Below are positions 1 through 12,000 of a DNA stretch of 64,000 nucleotides, piece after piece; within the stretch, counting starts at the first letter, position 1, and each line of letters begins with the position of its first letter. A program made the position numbers and the translations under genes. The notes under the pieces were generated by a model. The model searched no databases. It had not been told where the DNA came from and saw nothing but the letters and a program-made list of their open reading frames with translations. Origin of the DNA: Candidatus Omnitrophota bacterium (GTDB taxonomy: Bacteria; Omnitrophota; Gorgyraeia; Gygaellales; JAQTUX01). The stretch covers positions 433,872-497,871 of the forward strand of contig JAQTUX010000002.1 in the NCBI GenBank assembly GCA_028707125.1, given 5' to 3'.

Positions 1-3000
1 TCTGGAAATTGTCAATTATATTGGTAACACTGCTTATATTGCTTTCCAGCTGGCTTAGCGCGTCTACGACGGATTGCATCTCCAGCACGTCTGCCTGATA
101 TCCGGTCTCTGTTATACCCGGGTCGGCTATGCCCAACCGCTGCCTGCGTTCCAGTTCGGTTTGAAGCGCTTCCCTCTTCTCTGCCAGGTCCTCAACCAGC
201 CGGTTCCAGGCCTGTAAAAGGCCGCTGCCGCCTGCCGCCAGCACCACCGGGTCTTCTTCCCAGGAGGCGATCTCAAGGCCAAGCGCGATACGCAACTGCA
301 TCTGAAGCCAGCCAATAGCGCCGATCGCCAGCGGATTGGTTTCAGTGTCGCCTTCCAGCCAGACCCTGTAGTTCTCGCGCACATACTGGAAGAAGATTTT
401 GTAGCGCATATCATCCCAAACGCGCTTGGCATCCTTTATGACCCTGATGCCGCCCATAACCCCCTGTATCCTTGCCGCGTGATACATAGGCACATACTTG
501 CTGAAGAACTCCTTCTGCATCCTGATATATTTGCCGTATTCGTTCTTGATCCTGGTGTATTCTGCCGCCTTTTTGTTCAACTCCTCAAACGAGGCAATGG
601 CCTTCTTGCGGGAAGCGGGGTCGTTGCCGTTCTTGAACTTATCCTCAATGATCTCCTTGACGATCGGTACCGACGGCGGGTTATCCAGATAGGTCTTGTT
701 GCCGTCCTTATCCATCAGCACCCAATTATGTGTCTCGGTCCCTTCGTCATAGGCGTATTCAACGATGGCCGGCAGCACAGCGGGCTTGCCGTCAATGAGC
801 CCGTCGGCGATAAAGCGCATGTCCCTGGTGATCACCGTGCCGGGCTTGAGCGTTATCTTCAGGCCGTTATCAAACTCAACTACCATCGCCTCCCTGATTA
901 TCTCCATATGGAGCTCCATCAACTCTTTGGCGTCGTTGATCAGGTAGATGCCGGGCAGTTCAGGGAATTGTTTGAAGGTAATGACTTTTGCCAGCGGCAC
1001 CTGCATTGTCTGGCCGCCCTTCAGGCGGGCGCCTTTGACCATAAGCGCATCGTAGTCCTCAGGTTTGACGGCCTTACCGCCCAGGCCGTTCCGCATCGCC
1101 CAGTCAATGCGCGCCATATAAAGGGAAGGTATGACCACACTCCCGCTGTAAGGATTGATGTCGGCGTCATATGCCTCGGCAAAGTTTCCGTCCGACTCGA
1201 TCTTATAGAAGCCGTTGTCATAGCGCAGGACGCTGCCTTTGGCCGCTACGCGCATGTCCCCGACGCCGCTATATGCGGTGATCTCCCCCGGAAGGACCTT
1301 GAGCTCGTTGTCCTTGTCATCCTTGTAGGTTAAGGTATCGTTGCCGTTGATCTCGCCCCCGAAATTAAGCATCGCGGTAAGGAAATCATTGAGCCGCTCA
1401 TAATCTATTATGCCGGGTATTATATAGTCACCCAAAGGCAGCCAGGCCTCGCCTGATGTGGTCTCTGTCTCAAAGCCGTACTTTTCTATGGATTCCTTTG
1501 TATTGGGGAAGAATATCCTTAAAGGAGCGGTGGTGGTAAAGCGCTTTTCATTATATTCGCCGTTTTCATTCTTAAGCGGAACATTTAAGTCCTCCCTGAC
1601 TAATCTGCCGATGACGCTCTCTTGCCCTGTTCTCTGATCTATCTCCCGCACCAGATGATAGCGGTAAGTCGGATCGTAATTCAACCTCGCGTCTATCAAT
1701 GACTGTCTCTGCCACTCTGAAGAGAATGGATAGGCGGCATAAGGGCCGGCCTTTTCCCGCGGCATGCCCTCAAATATATGCTTGATCCACTGGTTGGGAT
1801 CAGGCCCTTCGAAAATGAATAACTTATCGCTCTCCAGGTCATCTACTTCCTTAAACCACTTTATGTCTATGCGCGGGTTATACAGGACAGCGGACGTCCC
1901 TGCTTCAAAGATCTTAAATCCGGACGGCTTGACATTTAACTTATGGGGGACCATCACGCCGCCGTAGTGGCGCAGCTTTCCCATTACCGGCATATTCATT
2001 ATATGGGTAATGCTTGAGATGAGCGATATGCCGGAAAGCGGGTTGAACATACCTTTGGCGAATAAGCCGTATAAGATATTTATCACGTTTATGAAATCAT
2101 AGCCCTGGCCGCCCAGGCCGAATCCCAGGAATACGCTCTTTGCCACCCTCAACTGCGCCAGGGCGCCTGCTGCCTGCGTATCCAGGGTCACCATAAAGCT
2201 CACCGGGTCAAAGGTGATCTCCTCGCCGGCCAGGTATCTCTTGTAATTCTCAAGGTATCTCTTGATATTGTCGCGCGTCTCACTGATGCGCTGCTCAAGA
2301 TATGCCAGGGCGCGCGCCTTGCTTTCGTCAATGGCGAATTTGATCCTGAGTTCTCTGGGGTCTTCGGGCGCCTGCCTGCCTTCGTCATTGGCAATGGTCA
2401 GAGGGTTGTCTCCGGACTTCTCAAGGAGGTTCATCACTGTGGAGGCGAGGAAGACCGACGAATCCTCAGGCGTATAAACATCGCCCCAGGCAGGCACGCG
2501 CCTGTCTGTCTGCGTGGCAAAAGGAAGCGTGTCTTCGAAGGCCATCGCGTCCAGGCTCTTGCGGTATTTATCAACAAGGTCGTCCCTGCCTGCCTTCTTA
2601 TAGAACATCATCGCCTCGATCGTACGTTCGGGGCTGCCCAGGTTAAGCGCGTCTTTCTCTTTAAGCTCCTGCTCCAATTCCTTGATCTCATCCGTAAGCG
2701 CGCCTATCTTCCAGGCGATCTCATCCAGCTCTTCTTTTGTCTTCTTCTTGTCCTTCTGCTGCTCCTTGAGACCCTTGATCTGCCGTTCCTTGAAATCCAT
2801 CAGCTCTTTGCGCGACTTGTTATATGAATCAAACAGCCGCTTTCTCTCCTGACGTCCGGCAAACGCGATCAGCGTGACATCTGCCTCTTTGACCCCCTCT
2901 GCCCTGGTCTTGTATTTCGTGCCCACGCTTGCCTCTGTCTCCAATGCCTGCGCGAGCTCCTCATAGGTCAAGCCGATACCTTTCAATTCTTCTCTGGTCA

Positions 3001-6000
3001 TTGCCAGCGCCGGTATTGCCTGGGCATCGGAATAGAATGTCTTGTCTATCTCGTTACGCGTAATGCCGCCGAAGAACCTCTTCTCCTTTTTATCCGCGAA
3101 CAATCCCATTGCCGCGATCACCTGCCGGGCCTTTATCCCAAAGCTGACCCCTGTCTTATCCTCGTATGCCTCGTAGGCCTTTAACAAGGCGATGGCGCGG
3201 CCGTTCTCCTCAGTCGAGACACCGCCTATCAGGCGCGGCTCTATGAAATTGCCCGCCTTATCCATACGCAGGTCATAGCCCTGCTGCAAGAGCACCGGTT
3301 CCCGCGACATATCTACGCCGCCCAATTCCTCTGCCGTAAACATATCCTTTAGATCGCTCAGGCGCAGCGGCCGGCTCATAACGGCGTTGGTGATCTCCTG
3401 CGCCAAGCCAAGGAACGCGTTATCGCCGGTAGCAATGGTATAGGCGAGCATGCTCAGCGCCAGCGCCGAATCCACGCCTGTCCTGGTCCTGTATATCTCT
3501 ATCCTGCCTGTCTGGGCGTTGAAAGCCTCCGGTATACCTCTGAAATACTGTTTCCTGTCTGTCTTTACGTAATTATTCTCGTAGAACTTAAGATAGAAGG
3601 AAAGCACTGCCTTTGCCTCATCCTTCCTGTCTTTATTGAGCAGCCACATCACCAGCACTGCCTGGTCAAAGGTAAACGCCCTGTTTGCCTCAAGCGCAAA
3701 ACCCGGATGGGACACCCACAGCCCTGTCTTTTCCAGCTTGATGATACCGGCCTCGATCGCCTTTATGCTCTCCTCATATACCTCTCCGGTCTCTTTCCAT
3801 ATGGTTGCGGCACCCGCGTGTGACTGGGCGTTCTTGAATGAGACATCCAGCCACTCCTTGAGCGACTTCCAGTCATCCATTACCTCGCGATAGCGTGCCC
3901 TGAAATTCTTCTCAACCATACCGAAATCCATCGCTGTCAGGTCAGCCGCATTCTCAACAATAGCGTTTATGTCCGTATATACCCTGCCCACAAACGCCTC
4001 TTTCCGGGCAGCGTTAAGATCTTCTGACAGCTGCGCGGCGACAAACAGGTCAAGTATCTCTTTATATTTGGCGATAATGCCGTCCCTTCTCTGCGTGATC
4101 AAGCTTAATTCCTGCCTCTCCTGGGCGCCTATACCCTTATCGTTCTTCTTGTCATCAAGCGCCTTCTTGGCCTTTTCAAGCACGGATGGGGCAGGGAGCA
4201 GGGCCTTTAATTCTTTTACCTTGTTTTCAACGGCCTTCTCTATACCGTCTTTGCCCAGGCGCGCCTGAATGTCCTTGTAATTGTCTGACGGCTGCCACAA
4301 ATCATCCGGCCCTATAGCCCTGGCTGCCAGATCGCCTCTTGCCTGCAGTTCTTTCTTGGCATCTTCTACGTTCGCCTTCATCTCATCAATCTTCGATGCT
4401 TCAACCTGCAGGGGCTGGACCTTTTGTTTAGAAACCGCCTCTTTGGATGCCTTAACTAAATAATCCTCTGGATCAACTTCTCTGCCGTTGATGCCGCCTT
4501 TTCTGATCTCAAAATGTAAATGGGTCTGAGGTACATTATAGGCATTGCCTGTTCTGCCCACTGCCCCTAAGACGTCTGTCTGTGTAACCTGCTGTCCTTT
4601 CTTCACCTTAATTGAATCTAAATGAGCGTAAAGCGTATAGTTTTTGTCCTTGTGTTTAATTATCACTGTCTTGCCATAGTCCGTCTTTGAGCCGGCAAAG
4701 ACGACCTCTCCTTCTAACGCAGGATGCACGTCCGTGCCTTTTTCGGCCTCTATATCAATGCCTTGATGTTTATGGTTGTTCCTGCTGCTTACTCTATAAT
4801 CGCCGAATTCACTTACAATGTCTCCTGCAACCGGCCATGTGTAAATATTATTTTCTACTCTCCTGTCTCTCGCTATGGCGCTGAATACGATCAAATGAAG
4901 CGGTATCCTCCATGTCCCACCCGAAATCTGTTTTGTCCGCGGCGCCAGGGCATCATTCAACTCCTCTATTCTGGCGTTAATGCCGGTTGATATGCGCTTT
5001 AATACCGCCTGGTGCGTCTGCCTGCTCCACTCACCGGTCTGCTCAAGGCCCAGGCCCTTCTGCAGCGCCTTGACCTGAGAAGACAAGAGCTCGGTGTAAA
5101 TGGCGTTTGTCTCCTCATTCAGATATTCGCCGTATAACCTGATGCCGTCCAAGCCGTATTCCTTTTCTGAAGAAGAAACCCTCTTGTTCTCTAACCATTT
5201 ACCCACGATCTCCCGTATGCCGATCACCCTCTGGTCTTTCTTATTGCCGTCCACCTTGAATATATCTGAGTCATCGCCCTGCCATTTCAACTCTTCCAGC
5301 CCGGCCTTCTCTTGTTCCAGCACAAGCAGGTCGTTAAGTTTCTTCAGCTTATCCTCGGCCGCTTTTATGCCGGCATCGTTTTTCTGGGAATCGTATTCTA
5401 ATTTAAGTGAATTGATCTCAAGGCGGGCTTGGATCACCCTCTCTCTTAAGTCCTTAAATTCGATGCCGGCCCTATGCAGCAAGGCCTGCTCGGCAAACAG
5501 CCCCTTCCTCTCATCCATCAATGTATTGGCCCTGCCTTCATAAACGGCGGTCAACTCCTCCCGCAGGTTCTTCCAGTCATCTTCGTCAAGGTTCTCGGTC
5601 AGCTTATCGCGGCCGTGTATCCTGTAGAAGATATTAAGCGCCAGCACGGGGGATTTATCTACGGGATAACCCGCTTCCTTAAGTAAGCTCATCAATATAC
5701 TATCGCTGTCGGATGAGGAAGCGCCGTATTTACTGAAATCAATGGCCAGATCATCAAGCGTAATGGCCTCAAGTTCTGCCTTCTTAAGTCCTGCCTTAAT
5801 GCCCTTTATCTCCTCATCGATCGCCTTTATCAGGCCTGCCCTGTCCTGCGCTGACCTGGCGTCAACTTTTTGTCTATCCTCAATTTCCTCTTCAAGGCCG
5901 GCGATCTCTTTCCTGATTTCAAGCAGCCGCAGATTCTCTCCGGCGGCCCTGTTCTCTTTTACCTCTAACGCCTCTTTCTCTTTATTTAAGGCCTCTATCT

Positions 6001-9000
6001 TCTCTTTGTTGATGCCCTGTTTCAACTGCGCCATCTCTTCATCCAGCGCCTCAACCTGCTCGTCGTCTTTGTTCGCTGCCTTAATAAGGGCGTCCCTGTT
6101 TATCTCAAGCAGCCTGATGTCCTCTTCCGCGGTCCTGTATTCATTCGCCTCCAATGCTGCCTTTTCCGCGGCAACTTCCCTCTCTGCCTTTATCCTGCCT
6201 GACTCTGCCTCAATAGCACTCCACTTCTGGACTAACCTTCTGTACGCGCTGTCTTCGCTGCCCTGCGGATCATTCCAATATTTCCACAGGCCGTTGGCAA
6301 CCTCGCGCGCCGCTGAGCGCTCCTTGTAAGTAGGAAGCTCTGATATGGCCTCTTCCTGGCGGCCGCGCGCCTGCTTCTCTAACTCTGAATACCAATATTC
6401 GCCCTGCTGCCTCTCCTGCTCCGCCTTTTGCCTCTCGCTCAGGTCCTCTTTCCCGCCCAGGGTATAATGGATGAACTGCGGTATAGACGCTCCGGCTATG
6501 GTCTGCGGTAGAAGAACGTGCCCCAGGCCGATGGCGCCCGGAGGAACAATGAGTTCTCCGTCCTCGCTGAACTGTCCCGCGCCTTCCAGGCCGTTTGCCA
6601 ACGCCATTGCCTGCTTACCGCCGTAGTCCTTGAACAGAGGATGGTTGCCCATTGCCTGGCCGGCGTCAATGATCAATCCGATCTCAGCCGAGATCAACCA
6701 CATATGCCACAGGCCGATGTAGAAATCCTTGCCCGCCCGCACCAGAGCCATATAATATCCGTTACGATCCTTTGTCTCTATGGCGGACAGGTCGAATAAC
6801 TTCCTGATGCCCTTGTCCCCATAGAATGCCGCGGTGAGGATTATTAACGCGGGCGCGGCAACAACGGTCAAGGCCGCGGCTATGTCAAATCCGGCAAACA
6901 ACACACCCTTCCTGACGGCGCCGGCCGGTATTGACCCGCCTCTTTCTTCATATATCTTAAGGTAACTGTTACGCAGCTGCGGTATTTTCTTCAGGTTAAG
7001 GGAGATGACTATAATCGCCAGCCGGAACATCTCTTCCAGCGTATACTGCAAATGCAGCCCTGTCAGCAAGCGCTTCATCAGCATATTGCCGCCGACTATT
7101 GAAGGCGGATTGGCGATATTCCAGCCGAACAATGCCGCCAGGGGCCCGGCAACATAATCGCCGGCCAGGGCAAGCACAGCCCTGCCGATAATAAACCTGA
7201 CAATTCCGGAAGCAATAGGAAATGCCGCTTTAGCGGTTGTCCTGATGTTCTTCAGGGCATACACGGCCCGGCCTGCCAGGTCTGTGTTGGACACAGCGCC
7301 TACAGCCAGGTATTTGTCCTCCACGAATTCGGCAAACTGAATATTGGTCCAGATATAGTCAAAGAAGAAGTTCCAGAGCACCGATGCCAGATACGGCGAG
7401 ATAACGCCGAATATGGCGCCATAGAGGATGCCCGGAGCGCCTAAATAAGTCCCGCCTACGACAGCGCCGATCGCCGCCAGGGCCTTTATGTAAGCGCGGC
7501 GGTTAAGCACATCGTACGCGAAACTTAAGAAATCCTTCTTAAGCGGCCTATTATATTCTTTTGATTTTAAGAATCTCTGCCAGTCATCTTTGGTGGCGTT
7601 CATCAAGGCAATGATCAGGCAGCCGGAGAATAACAGTTTGGCGGGCTTGCCGCGGGAAAGGCGGCGGATGTCCTGCGCCAACTTGCCGATACCTAACAAT
7701 AACACTATGGAGGGGAACACGTAAGGAAATACACCGGCGATATAGGCGAGAACGGGAATGTTTGAATGAAGTATTGCTGCCGGAAGCGCTGCTTTTGTGG
7801 AGCCGGCGAACAACTGCAGGCCGTAAGAAAGGACGGAGATGCTTGTGATCAAACCAAATGACTCTTTGAGGAATTTGCGCGCCTGAGAAAGGTATCCCCT
7901 GTCAGGGCCCCTGATCCCGCCGTGCTCCACGCGCTGCTGCGTGACGCGCGCTGCCTGCGACAAGAACATTACAGAAGTATAAACGAAAGGAATGGATAAC
8001 AGAAATGCCGCGATACCCACGATTGTCAGAGGATTGGCAAAGGCGTAAAATGCCATTGCCGCCACCGGAATCAGGGCTACAACGCTCATAGCCATTGAAC
8101 CGCCGGCAGTAGCGCTGCCGGGAATGCGCTCAGAAGCGGAGCTGGAGGCCTGCTCCCGGCGCTCAGCATTTACAATACCCAGATCTTTGAATACATCGGC
8201 GGGGATAGTCGGATAGATTGCGCTGCCGCACAATATCCTGAGGAATCTTTCCTTATCCTCTGACGAGATATTCCCGGGAGCGCCTTTATAAAAATCAGGG
8301 CCCTTGATTATGGCGGAATGCAATATATCCTGAGCAGCATAGCACACAACAACATAGAAGCTCTTTACGGCTTTGTTCTGAGGAGACGCCGTATTACGTA
8401 TCATATCCCAGGACGCTTTGACGGCGCACTTCAACAAGGCCTTGCCCGGCTTACTGATCTTCTGCGTATCCTCTGCTTTAAGGTTTGCTTTGACCCAACC
8501 GTTCATAATAAACATATCTAAAAATTCGGAAAATGCCTGCACGGCAAGCGTTAAGTCATTGGGCATCACATAAATGCTGCCGCCTCGCAGCAGAAGCCAG
8601 ACGGCTGAGGCCTTCAACTCCTCGGGAAGACGGCCCTCCCTTATCTCTTGAGGAATCTGTTTCTTCTCTTTATATGCCTCCATATATTGATTGCGGAGAC
8701 GCGCGTACTCTGTGCCTATTGTGATCTCTCTATCGCCGCTCTTGACCCGCTTTGTTGACCTTATAAGACGCTCCTCAACCCAGCTGTAAAATTTGTCCTT
8801 ATCCCTGTTTTTATATAACAGATCCTTCTTTTCCCTTAGCCACGCATTCTCCCAGAGATACTGCTTTACCAGGTTATCTATGTAAGCCGGGCTTAAACCG
8901 GATGACAGTATCGCGGTATTTACCAATTCCCTGACCGTCTTTGAAATCCGAGGGCTCTTCTGCACCGCAATTTCAACGTCTAACATACCATTCAAAAATT

Positions 9001-12000
9001 CAGGAAGAATATGAAATTCGGAATCCGCCCTGTCTTTCTTCTCCCGCCTCAATCCCTCTATATAAACATTTACCACTTTGTCTATATAAAATACCTTTTC
9101 AATAATATTATAGAGATTTGTGGTCTTTAATTCCTTTGACTTGGCATGTATCGCCTGTTTTTGCGCCTCACCTTCAAGGCCGCTTAATTCACACCAGTCC
9201 TTGATCAAGCTGACAAGCACCTTAGATGTGATCCTCGCGACCAATTCCTGTTTATTAAGCGTCCTCTTAGCGGTAAGGAACCCGAATAATCCTCCGCCGT
9301 TGCCGTTCCCTGAAGAGCTTGCCTTTGGATTATTTTCCGCTAACGGCGGGGCAATGCTTATGTTAACCCTGGGCTGATCTTTGGTGCCGTTTTGTATATC
9401 TATATGGATCTGCCGCAGTACATTTAATATCGCGGTTGCCAGATCAACTGTCTGAGAAAACACATCCATGCCGTCCAGGTCCTCAACAATGACCTCTTCC
9501 GGCATATCCAGCTTCCCGGAGGGAGTCAGGAAGGAAAATTCCAATCTGCCTCCGTTGTTTACGGCGGCCCTGGGTACCACTATACCTGCCTTGCCGGACG
9601 CGAAAAGCTCGCGCGCGCCTATGTGATCAAATCCGGGGAACATCGCTTCTATTTGCGCCGCGTGCGATGCTAATAACGGATGCAGCGTTACGCACGAATG
9701 GTCTAAATGCGGATTGTCTCCTATGGTTACCAGTATGGCATCGTTAAAATAATGCTGCATCTGATGTGACTCATAAAGCGCGTCATTTACAAAGGCGAGC
9801 GAGGCCAATTTAGTAATGGTATATTTCTCCTTCTGGTCTATCCTGATCAACGCTTCTGATATGGGATTGCCTTCCCTCCACCTGTTCCTTACCCTTACAT
9901 ACCTGAAACACTCCACCCCGTTGTCTCCCGCGAACATCACACCCATAACGACGAAGTCAAAATCATCAACGGTAACATCAAGCTGCCCTAATGAATGGGC
10001 CAAACCGCTGAATCCCTGGCTTTGCCTGAATGCCTGCAGCAACTCGTCTGTCGTATTCTCTTCCCGGATATTGACTACCGCGGTCCTGTCCGTATTAAGG
10101 CCGACAAAGTGCCTGCCGTTCCTTAAGCTTATAATTAACTCTTTCAGATCTGCTACCTTGGGGCTGTCATTGCTGTCTACCAAAGTATTATCTAAGTCAA
10201 TAGAGAATATCACCGGGATCTGAATGCCCTCCAGGATGCTATTTATCTGTTCGCGCATATCCTTCTGTGATGCCATACCAAGACGCGTGAGAAGCCAATT
10301 AGTAACAGATGAGGAAGATGATTCTCCCTGTCTCTCCTTATAGGCCTGTGTGTATTCCTCCCTGTCCTTTTCGCGTAAGCCGACATACAAGGCAAGCAGG
10401 CCAACCCCGAAATCCGCCCCCTCTGCGTGGTCCATAAACCACTCTGAGATCAGCGTCAGCGCGCGCTCTGTTTCTAAGAGCGCCGGCCCCTGGTCATTCT
10501 TGCCTAAGGCCTGCAGCTTATTCCTGATGACGGCCTTAAGATAAGCCGGCAGGCCCAGCAACGCGCCTTTTTTGAACGACTCCGCGCCTATACTGTGGTC
10601 AACGCCGAATGTCTCAAAATCTATCCGCTCATTCTCCCCGTGGAATTTCATCTTAAATAACACCCAACGTATAAAGTTTACATATGATTCTATCGCGGGG
10701 CCGGTAATGCCGCTGTTAAGAGGCCTGCCGTTCTCTAAAGTAACTATTTCCACCGGGCTATTATCTAATAATTGCTCTAAAGAAGGCATTGCCCTGCGGA
10801 CCGCGTATCTAATGGGATATGTGGTGGTTAAAATACTGAAATGCCTTCCTGCCAGTTCTCCCTCCTGAATCTTCATTTCCTTCTTAAGGGCATAAGACAG
10901 CGCGATCTCGTCGCCTTCCGGCACGTTATGGCCTCTATCGCGAAGGATACCCTCCAGCTTCATTATTTTATTGCGTATTATATCCACTGCGGAAGACGCC
11001 ACGGTCACCCGGTTCCTGCCGTTTTCCTTTGAAGCATACAATGCCTCTTTGTCTGCCTTATACTCTAATGTTGCCCGGTCATTGCCATGTTCCGGAACAG
11101 CGGCAACTCCCAGGCTTATAGTAACGTTAAGGGCCTCGCCTTTATATTCTATCTTGAGGTTCTCAACCGCCGCCCTTATTCTCTCGGCAACTATTTCCGC
11201 GCCTTTGGCATCAGTTTCGGGCAGTATTACCGCCATCTCTTCGCCGCCGTAACGCGCTACGAAATCATTGGGACGTACGGCATTCTGAATAGCCGCGGCC
11301 ACCGCCTTCAGGACTTCATCCCCTGCCTTATGGCCGTGTGTATCATTAAATCTCTTGAAATGGTCTATATCGATCATTATGAGTCCAACAAAATAACCTA
11401 CGCCACGGTGAACGGCGCGTTTGAGCTGCTTATCCAGCTCGGAGTCATACGCCCTCCTATTATTCAGGCCTGTCAAGGCGTCTGTGGATACCAGCCTTTC
11501 CAAGCGTTTTATCTTGTTATTAAGCGCCAAGTAAGTCGCGGCTGCTCCCATGACTATGCCGACTGCCACACCAACCACTACCGCCGAAGAACTTGGCTTT
11601 TCCGGCACAGCCACGCCTGATACGGAGTTTACCTGATCAGGCGTGGTCTGTGTGGTTGCCGTCGATGCGGTAGACAGGGATATGGTTGTTGCGGCTGAGC
11701 TGGACCTTGCCGCGGATGGTGTCTGCGTCTGTGCCTCCGACCTCTTCCCAGGATTCTGCTGTGCCGTTACGGGCGTAGACGCGGCCCGCGCCATCGTCAA
11801 ACACAAGGAAGATGCGGGTCTTTCCGCTGGGTTCCTTTCCCGCTCCGAATACTGTCCTGTCCTTGCTGAAGATGACGAGGTGGTCAAACTGGAACTCTGC
11901 GAAGTTGATCCTGCACATTTTAATGCACCTCCTTCAATTAAATAGCGGGCGCGCTCGGTGGGGGTCAGGCCCCGGAGGTATCGGGCCACCAAAGCAACGC

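Noticed and set aside
11940-11990. GC-rich hairpin 'GGGG-CCTGA-CCCC' near the giant ORF / small ORF junction, considered as a possible terminator.
   Set aside because: The stem is short, no T-run follows, and it lies inside a continuous coding frame.
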